Notes under the pieces: generated by a model
Database searches by the model: none
Seen by the model: the letters and a program-made list of their open reading frames with translations, nothing else
What the model was told of the DNA's origin: nothing
Translations under genes and position numbers: made by a program
Source of the DNA: Verrucomicrobiales bacterium
GTDB taxonomy: Bacteria > Verrucomicrobiota > Verrucomicrobiia > Limisphaerales > RI-55
DNA: 40,294 bases
NCBI GenBank assembly: GCA_003484235.1
Contig: DNDP01000461.1
Coordinates: 27,684-67,977 of the forward strand
Direction: 5' to 3'
In this document: positions 19,501 through 26,037 of the stretch, in pieces
How positions within the stretch are numbered: the first letter of the stretch is position 1
How the letters are laid out: each line of letters opens with the position of its first letter

Positions 19501-19943
19501 AGCAGGAACAGCCCGAGCGCGAAGGCGATTGCGGCGTTGAACTCATCGTAGATGGTGCGGCTCCACCACACGGCGTCGATGCGGCCGATGGTCGCGCCGC
19601 GATGCACCACGGGAGCCGTAAACTCCAATGCGGAAATCAGGCCCACCCGTTCCAGCCACCTCTCAGCGCGGTTCAGGGGATGTCCGCTGAAGTGCGCAAA
19701 CTGTTCACCGTCGTCCCGCACGATGTGAAGCTCCCGATAGCCGCCGGCCTGCGCTGCAAGCAGCAGGTAGTTGGTCAAGGTCTCGGGCTGCAGCTGCCAC
19801 AAAGCATCGGCAACGTAGGCGGCATGTTGACGAACCCGTTCAATCCCCTCCCTCCGGACGCTGTATTCCTTCCATCCCAGATATGCGAGAAACAACAGCA
19901 ACCCCGTGCCGGCCAGCAGCCAGTTTTGGTTTCTGGTTCTCAT
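13560..19943 (-). CDS. Giant (2127 aa) membrane sensor histidine kinase: 2 TM + about 11 PAS-like + about 2 GAF-like modules + HisKA_3 + HATPase_c
   Basis: TM1 is LLAGTGLLLFLAYLGW and TM2 is AAIAFALGLFLLERHL. Module junctions recur in the style DIT[ED]RK.AE..L..SE.R.R. (for example ERKLAEERLL, ERKRAVEALRISEERHR, ARKKAEETLQRRE, DRRRAERALRESEERF). The NarX-type H-box is IAREVHDQIGQSLTGL, the N-box is ESLTNVVRHA, G1 is DDGVGM, and LGLLGMRERAAAVGG is present. ATGA overlaps occur at both ends. Confidence 0.95.
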   Translation of the reverse strand: MRTRNQNWLLAGTGLLLFLAYLGWKEYSVRREGIERVRQHAAYVADALWQLQPETLTNYLLLAAQAGGYRELHIVRDDGEQFAHFSGHPLNRAERWLERVGLISALEFTAPVVHRGATIGRIDAVWWSRTIYDEFNAAIAFALGLFLLERHLRVRDGNRLLELRVDERTRELHESEARYRALSDSSLLGIVVRTGEGIEYANEAAARMAGLENPGAVKEGDPWRRFVAPEFHEELRDREERMLRGENVPVHPGWVGIRSDGTRRWIQSGSTRIDWRGRSAVLVFMIDITERKLAEERLLHERDLSNQMINSLPGVFYLFDRAGEFLRWNENLCTVTGRTGEELRQIHPREFFREADRHRIEKFIDQAFAGGQAETEAEMLNRAGEGRPFFLTGRRIELEGRPCLMGMGIDVFERKRAVEALRISEERHRITAQMTSDFVYVLRVAPSGELALEWISESFSRITGYSMDEYRSLTDPFEIIHTEDRALMAETCRRNLAGESTAIEARLITRGGRARWVIAYAQPHWSADCSRVEMIYGAAQDITARKKAEETLQRRERLLRLFVEHSPAAIAMFDRDMRYLGASNRFCSDYGLPIQNLVGRLHYEVFPEISERWKAIHQRCLGGAVEMCEEDAFQRLDGRIDWVRWEIRPWEESAGVIGGIVLFSEVVTEKKRAKDRERQLLAILEATPDFVGIADHQGRLAYVNRAGREMMGIGEKEDLTALRLRDYVSEETGNYIETVGIPAAIRDGHWHHETELVARDGREVPTSQVLLVHRDDQGRLEYVSTIARDISERRQAGEQLRVKDLAIRSAVVGICFTDLLGRVTDANPAFLRMWRIPNLEDLLGKPVMELGSDPGRVTEILAVIQRQGSWEGEEVARRLDGSPLIVQMATALIRDHDGKPVGMMGTFTDVTEARQTQDRLRESELRFRTLFDRSPAGVALIDRETHGIVECNEMTARLLGYPVSELLALRLEELGADESVAGMMRELRQLAPGSSGSFETRMRTRDGQLRDFAATTHLLELDDRQLVYTILIDITDRRRAERALRESEERFAAAFRANPAGISLTTFEADTCLDVNDAFLAIVGRPRSEIVGRTGLSVGLYSSEVQRREILATVWQRGATSSAESPIVRGDGRVVHTLRSVERVTVNGEDCLLTLLVDIGERKRVEQLLTTFARLGRELNAAKSARDAARSILDNADQLLGWDSCSLSLYSPESDRVSSVLAMDTMDGQRRECPPGYNDAPPAPIARRTIEMGAQLLLRQGPVAEDSDLVPFGDTSRRSASLMFVPIRDQQRTVGVLSIQSYRPKAYGQRELEVLQSFADHCGGALNRIRVQEALQESEERLRRAVEGGGVGLWTWIVATNELEWNEQLKRTFGLPIDAGDLTLDWFVSTIHPEDRSGVERAFRGALAEHREFHAEYRIRWPDGSDHWIEALGTGVYDEAGTPVQMRGAALEISARKASEIALRESRRMLRTVIDNIPQGVFWKDRESRYLGVNRLAARTFGFEEPEELIGRTDSEIGSLTPEEREQFVRVDREVIASGRERRGVVESATLADGSEIWLETSKLPLRDETGQVFGVLGTWQDVTERRQRELDLRLRNAVLGALADAAGELLRAAHWRDGVQSTIEALGRATGVSRVYLLELVSAVVDNEELRLQGEWSGPKVGAAFGEAVATSGGVPGSAFAEWFGELKLGNPVIARISELPPGKRALLGDRQVFSFAAFPIHVGSSWWGFVGFDDCAAERAWSEAEINALRTTAGLFSAAIERHRAAGAIRESEERLRLAIQAARQGLYDLDVRTGRVTVSPEYAQMLGYDPALFLETNEKWIERLHPDDRDQVSARFQDYLQGRIKRYQVEFRQRSRSGSWVWILSIGQIVERDAAGNPVRMLGTHTDVTRLKQAELALAESEQAMRALAGSLQQAREAERTLIAREVHDQIGQSLTGLNLDIAWAQRLLEKHRTAADFDQLMQHRLGRMSTLVDETVMSVQRLCSDLRPGILDDLGLVAALEWQADEFAEQTGIPCEVKAPKSVDGLSSDQSTVLYRIFQESLTNVVRHARATRVTVRLVRSEGSVRLEVSDDGVGMPASVRNHASSLGLLGMRERAAAVGGEVRFDSGAGKGTTVAVQLPLKS

Positions 19944-20776
19944 CTTTCTTGGTGCCCAGGGTCGGTTCGGTTCGGCGAGGAGGCCAAATCCAGCGCACCG
20001 TTGAACCGGTTTATCCAGTCCGGGGGAACAGATCGATTGAACATGACGTGCCGGACGCCACCGGGCGGGACATCCGTAAACTGAACGAGCTTGAATCGAC
20101 GCCTGCCTGGGTCGGCCTGATCAAGCAGTGCCCTCGCCTCCTCGCCGCCAAGAAAGAGGTAGTCGGCCCGGCCCGCACCAATCATTCGCAGCATCGCCAG
20201 ATTGTCGCCGGAGGTCATCTCACTCCGCGGCTTCGCTTGTGCGATGGCGGCATCCAGCAAAGGTCCGTAAGTGTAGGACTTCTTCAACAGCAGTCGCAGT
20301 TCGGGATGCGCGAGCGCTTCGGAAACGGATCGGCCCGAGGCCAGCCGATCGTCCTCCCGCCGTGCCAGCGCGACATTTGGCCGATCCTGGTAAATCGGTT
20401 CCGAAAACGCAGCGAACTGCATTCTCCCGGTGGTCATGAACCAGCCAAGCCCGGCGTGGTAGCCATCAGCCCCGCGCAGAAGCAGCAGCTGCCGCTGGGG
20501 AGGTGTCGCCTCCCAGCGATGCACAAGTCCGGAACGTTCCAGTGCCCGGCGCACCGGATCGCCTATGAGGCCGCCCACTTCGCCATCGATCAGCATGTAG
20601 TAGGGGATGCGCTCATGATAGTGGACCCGGAGCAAAACGCCCGGCGTCAATTCGGCCCCAACCTGCGCATCGACAAACCGATCGCCGAACATTGTCGGCC
20701 GGAGCAGAAGCAGCACGTAGATCCCGGCCACCGCGAGCAGTGCGTTGAGCATCCGGGGCTTGAATTCAGACTTCAT
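19940..20776 (-). CDS. Membrane-anchored family-3-like solute-binding protein (SBP_bac_3-like), cognate to the downstream kinase
   Basis: The N-terminal anchor is MKSEFKPRMLNALLAVAGIYVLLLL. The body resembles periplasmic amino-acid/polar-solute binding proteins (IPYYMLIDGEVGGLIGDPVRRALERSG..FSEPIY..SYTYGPLLDAAI..DYLFLGGEEA). Its stop overlaps the kinase ATG (ATGA at 19940-19943). The listed start at 20830 is TTG, so I prefer the ATG at 20776. Confidence 0.75.
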   Translation of the reverse strand: MKSEFKPRMLNALLAVAGIYVLLLLRPTMFGDRFVDAQVGAELTPGVLLRVHYHERIPYYMLIDGEVGGLIGDPVRRALERSGLVHRWEATPPQRQLLLLRGADGYHAGLGWFMTTGRMQFAAFSEPIYQDRPNVALARREDDRLASGRSVSEALAHPELRLLLKKSYTYGPLLDAAIAQAKPRSEMTSGDNLAMLRMIGAGRADYLFLGGEEARALLDQADPGRRRFKLVQFTDVPPGGVRHVMFNRSVPPDWINRFNGALDLASSPNRTDPGHQER

Positions 20777-21019
20777 CGAAGAAATTGCGGGATTCTCTGG
20801 TGCGCGCCCTCGGGACGCCGGAACGGACAAAGATGGAGGGCCCGAGGTGGGCGCGGCGGAGGAGAGCCGATGTCGCCATGGTAAGATCCCTGTTGCGGCC
20901 GGGGTTGACAGCGGAGCACAAGCAGCAGGTCAGCGGAGGGAAACTAACAACAACCTGCGATCCGGCCAAGGGAAAGCAACTTTGCCGGTTCAAGTTCAGG
21001 CGACTGGCAACGGGTACAG

Positions 21020-21044
21020 AAAAAACCCCGCAGATGCCGTGGGG
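21020..21044 (-). terminator. Candidate rho-independent terminator on the minus strand inside the large non-coding gap
   Basis: The minus strand reads CCCCACGG-CAT-CTGCGGGG followed by TTTTTTCTGT. The stem is imperfect: 4 GC pairs, one A/C mismatch, then GC, GU and GC. It lies 309 nt downstream of the LOG gene stop at 21353. Confidence 0.45.
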
Positions 21045-21352
21045 AACAGTTCCTTTGAACGTTCTTTGAAACCAGGTGGAACCCGATCGATGATTTTCGA
21101 CTTCCAGCGAAGGCCTGTCGGCCACAACCGAAATAGAGGCTCCATTCGTACTAACTTAAGGTTCAAGGATATAGTTTCGATACACGCACACCGCAGGGTA
21201 AATCTGGGCAGGATCCGGTTGCTTCCAAAGATCATGGCGGGCTTCGGCGAGTCCTGCAAATCTGCCCGCAGCTGACGTAAGACTTATCGACGATCGGGGA
21301 GTGATTCTCAAGCCCAAAGATGATCCGGTCGCGGAAAATTTTTCTGCGATGG

Positions 21353-22381
21353 TCACATTCCGTTGAGCGCATCGATCAGTTCCCGCAGCCGGCCGTAATC
21401 CTTTCGGTTGAACGTAAACGCGATGCGCGGAAGATTGATGAAGTCCTCGTCCTCGCGTTCATCGGCTGTGGCCTTGATCGCGTGAATGGGTTCGCCGGCA
21501 ACGATGTCCGCAAAGTCCTCGTTCAGCGCCTTGATCGCCGTCTCGGTGATCGGATGCAGCAGCCTGATGACATAGAGATCTCTCACGAACCGGCTCGAAT
21601 GATAGTTGCGGTAGAAACGGGTGATCACCTTCACCGCGTGATCCACGTCGTCCGTGATCTCGTAGAGGTTCAGGTCATCTTCGGAAATCAGCCCGTTTCG
21701 CAGCAGGTGTTCCACGACGTGCTTGTCCCAGGCCTTCCAATAGGTCCCTCCCGGCTTGTCCACCAGCAGCAGCGGCATCAGTCGGCTCTTGCCCGTCTGC
21801 ATGAGGGTCAGCGCTTCGTAACCCTCGTCGAGGGTGCCGAAGCCCCCCGGAAAGAGGACCACCGCGTCGGACTGCCGGATGAACTGCAGTTTTCGCGTGA
21901 AGAAGTAGCGGAACGTGATGAGTTTCTTGTCCCTCTCGATGACCGGGTTGGCGGACTGCTCCCACGGCAGCCGGATGTTGCAGCCGAAGCTGTTTTCGGC
22001 ACCGGCCCCTTCGTGCCCCGCCTGCATGATCCCGCCGCCCGCGCCGGTGATGACCATGAAACCGGCCTCGACCATTTTCCGGCCGAATTCAACCGCCTTC
22101 TGATATTCGATCCGATCCGGTTTTGTGCGCGCCGAGCCAAAGACGGTCACCTTGCGTTTCTGATCAAACGGTTCGAACAATCGGAAAGCATATCGCAGTT
22201 CCCGCACCGCCGTCTGGATGACCCGCACATCGCCGCGCACCTTGACATCGGTGAGCAGTTTGAGCGCGTTCTCGATCAGGTCCTCTACCAGATCCTCATT
22301 GCCGCCCCCTCCTTTGATCAGGATCAACTCACGGATCTTCGCCTTTAATTCATTGTCCGAGCCGCCGGCATTCTTTCCCAT
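21353..22381 (-). CDS. LOG-family / TIGR00730-type Rossmann protein (nucleotide 5'-monophosphate nucleosidase-like) with N- and C-terminal extensions
   Basis: The core motifs are VFGSAR, ITGAGGGIMQAGHEGA and LFPGGFGTLDEGYEALTLMQTGK (the PGGxGTxxE signature). An N-terminal extension of about 75 aa and a C-terminal extension of about 100 aa flank the core. The start is ATG at 22381. Confidence 0.9.
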   Translation of the reverse strand: MGKNAGGSDNELKAKIRELILIKGGGGNEDLVEDLIENALKLLTDVKVRGDVRVIQTAVRELRYAFRLFEPFDQKRKVTVFGSARTKPDRIEYQKAVEFGRKMVEAGFMVITGAGGGIMQAGHEGAGAENSFGCNIRLPWEQSANPVIERDKKLITFRYFFTRKLQFIRQSDAVVLFPGGFGTLDEGYEALTLMQTGKSRLMPLLLVDKPGGTYWKAWDKHVVEHLLRNGLISEDDLNLYEITDDVDHAVKVITRFYRNYHSSRFVRDLYVIRLLHPITETAIKALNEDFADIVAGEPIHAIKATADEREDEDFINLPRIAFTFNRKDYGRLRELIDALNGM

Positions 22382-22447
22382 GCGCGGAGAATGAAGGGGA
22401 GATTCGGAAGTGAAAAGCCGAATAGTAATTGACCCGCCCTCCGGCGC

Positions 22448-25400
22448 TCAGCGATGCAACAGAACAGTCACGGCGTCGCCCAGGTCGTCCGCGGTAACCA
22501 GATCGGGGCGACCGTCACCGTTCAAGTCCGCCAACTTCGGCGCCAACGAGGCACTGCCCATGTGGTAGGACTGGACCGCCCGATAGCCGCCGCCGGACGC
22601 GGCCAGTCGGACGTCAGCGCCATTCAAAAGATCGGGCAGGCCATCTCCATTGACGTCGGCCACCATGATGTCACCGGCGTAGCCACCCAGCACCAACTGT
22701 TCGCCACCGAAATCTCCCCCGCTGCCGCCGGGGTAAATCACCAAACTCTCCGCGCCTGCCTGAAACACCACCGCCACCATGTCCCGCCTTCCATCGCCGT
22801 CCAGATCCGCCCAATCGAGACTGGAGACACTGCCGTTGTTCAATGGCGTGACCACCTCCGTCTCTGTCAGCGTTCCGGCGCTGCTACCGGACAGAATCTT
22901 GATCACTGCCGGCCCGCTGACAAACACAGCCGCACCAACGTCATCCACACCGTCGCCATCGAAGTCGCCAACGATCCGTTCGTAGGAGGTCCCCCCCAGC
23001 TCATGCTGCGGCCGGACAAAAAAATCTGCACCGCTGTTGAGGAACAGCTGCAACTCACCGGAGCTGCCGAAAGCCACCAGGAGGTCGGTCAACCCGTTGC
23101 CATCGAAATCACCCATCAGCACGTCGTCTGGCTGGGCATGCAGATCCATCACCGGTCCGGCAGTGAAGCCGCCCACACCATCGCCATAAAGCACGTGCAA
23201 ACGATTGCTGGAACTCCCCGGGAGAAAGTCCGGTCGCTGGGTCACCACCGCGAGGTCAAGTGACTGGCCTGCGTTCAGCCGCCCCACGGCAAGACCCTCG
23301 ACTTGAGCGCCGACCGGCACTGAAGACATCGCCAGGAATCCGCCTCCGGCCTGCCCGATCAGGATGTCCACCACGTTCTGGCTTTGGTTGCTGACCAGAA
23401 TGTCGGGTCTGCCGTCGGCATTCACATCGGCCACCTCGAAGTCGCGGGGGCTGAACTGGCCCGGATCGAAATTAAACTGCTGCCGCGTGTCAAAGCGATT
23501 GCCGGGAAGGCCCCGGCTGACAATGGCGCCTCCCCCACCGGAGTTTATCAGGCTCACCACATCACGCATGCCGTCGCGGTCCACATCAAACAGCAGGCAG
23601 TTTTGATTGCCCGAAGCGGTATGAATTGGACTGCCGGCCGTGAATGTTCCGTTGCCGCCGTTCCACAGGACGGCATGGTGGCCCGCGGCAAGATGGGCCA
23701 CGATGAGGTCCAAGTCGGTGTCGCCATCCAGATCGGTTACCAGCATGCCCGCCGGATTGTCGCCTGTGGCGTAGTCAGCCTTTCCTTGAAGCGTTCCGTT
23801 GCCGTTTCCCAGAAGCACGGAAACGCCGTCGCTGGTCCGGTTGGCGGTGATGATGTCGACGATGCCGTCCCCGTTCACATCGCCGGCGACCACCCGTTGC
23901 GGCGAAGCGCCGGTCGGGTACATCACCTTGGCAGCATGGGTTCCATCACCATTGCTCAGGAATACTGCGACGCGGCTGCCACCCGTTTCCAAGGTCACCG
24001 ACAGGTCGGGATGCGCATCGTTGTTCAACAGGGCGGCCACCACGTCGGTTGGGCGGTACTCCGTGTCGAGACTGGTCGGCGTTTGAAACGTGCCGTCTCC
24101 GTTGCCCAGCAGGATCGAAAGCGTTCTTGCGTTGTTGTTGACCGAAATGATGTCCAGGTGCGGGTCGTCATTGACCCGCGCCAGCACAACGCGCCGGGGC
24201 GACACCCCCAGATCATGTTTGGCATTGGAGGTGAACCCCCCCAGGCCATTTCCGAACAGAATCTCGACCCGGTTGTTGAACTCGTCTGCAAGCACGACAT
24301 CGGGAAAGCCATCGCCATCGAGCCTTTCCAGGGTGATGTCACCGGAGGAGCCGGCGTCCGCGATGGCAACAAGGTGGGGCGGCGCAAAGGACCCGTCTGA
24401 ATTGCCCAAGGTTACATTCAGCGCGCCATTGAAGGTCACCAGGTCGATGACACCGTCGTTGTTGAGATCGGCGGCTTCCAGCTCACCGCCCTCGCCGACG
24501 GCGAAGACTGCCGCCGGATACAGCCCTCCGGTGGTCGGCCCCTGGTCGGCCGTTTCCGGATCGGTTCCCTCGACGTACTCCTGGCGGGCATTGCGTCCGT
24601 CGTCGTCGGAGTCAGCCAGGGCGTCTCCGGCGTTGAGAGGATCAAGGATTGCGGAATGATTCAGTTCATATACGTCGTCGATGCCGTCGCCGTCGCTGTC
24701 CAACGGAACCGAGCTGCGCACCCGTTTGACCAGGTAAAAGGAGCGTTGCTGCTGGTCGGCGGAGCGGGGATCCACCAGCTCTCCGTGGCCATCCACGCCG
24801 GCCTTGATGACCAGCGGCGGCTCGACTCCGTCAACCTCATCACCGCTGCACAGGAGGTAGTAGTATTCCGGGTTCGACGGAAACTGGACATGGCTTCGGC
24901 CCTCGGCATCGATGGTGAAGTCGGTGATCCGCAATAGCTCGCCATAATCGCCATATTCCACCATCACACCGCCTGAGTATTTCAGGGGATCACCACTCAT
25001 CGACTCCGCCAAAGTGTCCGGGCCGTAGGCCACCGCATCCGCAAGAATCTGGTAGGTGACCGTAAACGTCTCACCGACCCCGATGCCGGAGAGATCCAGA
25101 ACACCGCGGTAGGCCGGGGTTTTGTATTGGGCGCCGATATAGGAGTACAGAGTGTAACCGGGCTCCCCGCCGATGACCTGGCCCGTGTCCGGATCGAAGA
25201 TCTCCCGACCGGGCACTTCTGCCTCGCCAAGCAGGCATTCCCAGGTCCCAACGATGGGACCCGTATCGTGGCTCATCTGATAGTTCATCGCACAGAAATC
25301 CTTGGCGATGACCCGGCGTTTACTGGAAAGACTGCCCTTGCCGTGGAGTCGCTTGTGAACCTCGAACTGGGTGATGCCCTCGACTTTGGCAATCAGCTTC

Positions 25401-25897
25401 CATGAGGCATGAAGCTCCGTGTCGCCATGGCCACCGCCATCGACGAGGCGCAGGAGACCGGGGTTGACGACGAATTCGAAAGGCGTGGTCTCATCCACCC
25501 GAACGAAATCCCGGGTCCAGATCAGATTGATCTGGTTCTCGACCTGTACTCCGGTTCCGCCACCGGTACCGGTGGCCAAATAGGCTCGAAATGAGCCCTG
25601 GTCATTGGCGTAGGCCGACACTCCCCCAAAGGTTGGATAAACGTCATCCGGTCCGCCCCCCGGGATCGCGCAGCCGTTCCCGGCCCCGCACGGAAGCGAG
25701 AACCCCGGTGAATCGTCGAGCACGAAGACGACTTCACTGTCGTTGATGGACACGCTTTCCCCCAGGTGAAGGGCGCCGTCCCGTAATACGCCGCTGGTAA
25801 TCGTGACGTTGAAATCCTGTGCGGCGGCCGTGCCCGCAACGAGACCGGCGAGCAGTGACGGGATTGCGGCGACCGTGTGTGATGGGCATTTTCTCAT
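22448..25897 (-). CDS. Secreted FG-GAP/VCBS-repeat protein (predicted double 7-bladed beta-propeller) with an unknown N-terminal domain and thrombospondin-type-3-like Ca-binding linkers
   Basis: The ATG at 25897 gives the signal peptide MRKCPSHTVAAIPSLLAGLVAGTAAAQ. An N-terminal region of about 400 aa is unrecognised. It is followed by DSDGDGIDDVYE and DSDDDGRNARQEYVEGTDP, then 14 FG-GAP-type repeats. The listed start at 25960 is TTG. Confidence 0.9.
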   Translation of the reverse strand: MRKCPSHTVAAIPSLLAGLVAGTAAAQDFNVTITSGVLRDGALHLGESVSINDSEVVFVLDDSPGFSLPCGAGNGCAIPGGGPDDVYPTFGGVSAYANDQGSFRAYLATGTGGGTGVQVENQINLIWTRDFVRVDETTPFEFVVNPGLLRLVDGGGHGDTELHASWKLIAKVEGITQFEVHKRLHGKGSLSSKRRVIAKDFCAMNYQMSHDTGPIVGTWECLLGEAEVPGREIFDPDTGQVIGGEPGYTLYSYIGAQYKTPAYRGVLDLSGIGVGETFTVTYQILADAVAYGPDTLAESMSGDPLKYSGGVMVEYGDYGELLRITDFTIDAEGRSHVQFPSNPEYYYLLCSGDEVDGVEPPLVIKAGVDGHGELVDPRSADQQQRSFYLVKRVRSSVPLDSDGDGIDDVYELNHSAILDPLNAGDALADSDDDGRNARQEYVEGTDPETADQGPTTGGLYPAAVFAVGEGGELEAADLNNDGVIDLVTFNGALNVTLGNSDGSFAPPHLVAIADAGSSGDITLERLDGDGFPDVVLADEFNNRVEILFGNGLGGFTSNAKHDLGVSPRRVVLARVNDDPHLDIISVNNNARTLSILLGNGDGTFQTPTSLDTEYRPTDVVAALLNNDAHPDLSVTLETGGSRVAVFLSNGDGTHAAKVMYPTGASPQRVVAGDVNGDGIVDIITANRTSDGVSVLLGNGNGTLQGKADYATGDNPAGMLVTDLDGDTDLDLIVAHLAAGHHAVLWNGGNGTFTAGSPIHTASGNQNCLLFDVDRDGMRDVVSLINSGGGGAIVSRGLPGNRFDTRQQFNFDPGQFSPRDFEVADVNADGRPDILVSNQSQNVVDILIGQAGGGFLAMSSVPVGAQVEGLAVGRLNAGQSLDLAVVTQRPDFLPGSSSNRLHVLYGDGVGGFTAGPVMDLHAQPDDVLMGDFDGNGLTDLLVAFGSSGELQLFLNSGADFFVRPQHELGGTSYERIVGDFDGDGVDDVGAAVFVSGPAVIKILSGSSAGTLTETEVVTPLNNGSVSSLDWADLDGDGRRDMVAVVFQAGAESLVIYPGGSGGDFGGEQLVLGGYAGDIMVADVNGDGLPDLLNGADVRLAASGGGYRAVQSYHMGSASLAPKLADLNGDGRPDLVTADDLGDAVTVLLHR
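22451..24538 (-). repeat. Array of 14 protein-level FG-GAP/VCBS repeats (D-x-[ND]-x-D-G-x-x-D-h-h cores)
   Basis: The repeat cores read in order are ADLNNDGVIDLV, ERLDGDGFPDVV, ARVNDDPHLDII, ALLNNDAHPDLS, GDVNGDGIVDII, TDLDGDTDLDLI and FDVDRDGMRDVV. They continue ADVNADGRPDIL, GRLNAGQSLDLA, GDFDGNGLTDLL, GDFDGDGVDDVG, ADLDGDGRRDMV, ADVNGDGLPDLL and ADLNGDGRPDLV. Spacing is about 45-55 aa, usually with an intervening LxGNGDGTF-type strand. Confidence 0.8.
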
Positions 25898-26037
25898 GGC
25901 GTTTACCTTCCATACCGGGCGAAGTCGGGAATCTTTCAGCGAAAGTTGAACCTGCGCCAAATAACACCTTTAGCCCTGCGGGCAGGCGCAAAGGCACCGG
26001 GGTTCTCAGTCGGATCACTACTCTCCCCAACACTATC

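Noticed and set aside
17856-20084. 742-aa plus-strand ORF, and the similar ORFs 14043..15401 (+) and 15663..16322 (+), antisense to the PAS kinase gene
   Set aside because: They are Arg/Pro/Gly/His-rich with no domain motifs. The opposite strand encodes a continuous PAS/GAF/HisKA_3/HATPase architecture.
20965-20978. Minus-strand CCGGCAAAGTTGCT upstream of the SBP gene, resembling a sigma-54 -24/-12 element (TGGCAC-N5-TTGC)
   Set aside because: The GG-to-GC spacing is 9 nt, not the 12 nt in the consensus as I index it, and the flanking consensus bases are missing.
20975-20995. GGTTCAAGTTC, superficially like a tRNA T-loop (GGTTCAAGTCC)
   Set aside because: The flanking bases cannot form the 5-bp T-stem (GCCGG versus TCAGG). 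No acceptor or anticodon arms can be drawn, so it is not a tRNA.
20745-21275. 176-aa plus-strand ORF and 87-aa minus-strand ORF (20996..21259) inside the large intergenic gap
   Set aside because: They have no coding-like composition or motifs, and the ORFs overlap each other and the candidate terminator. I treat the region as non-coding.
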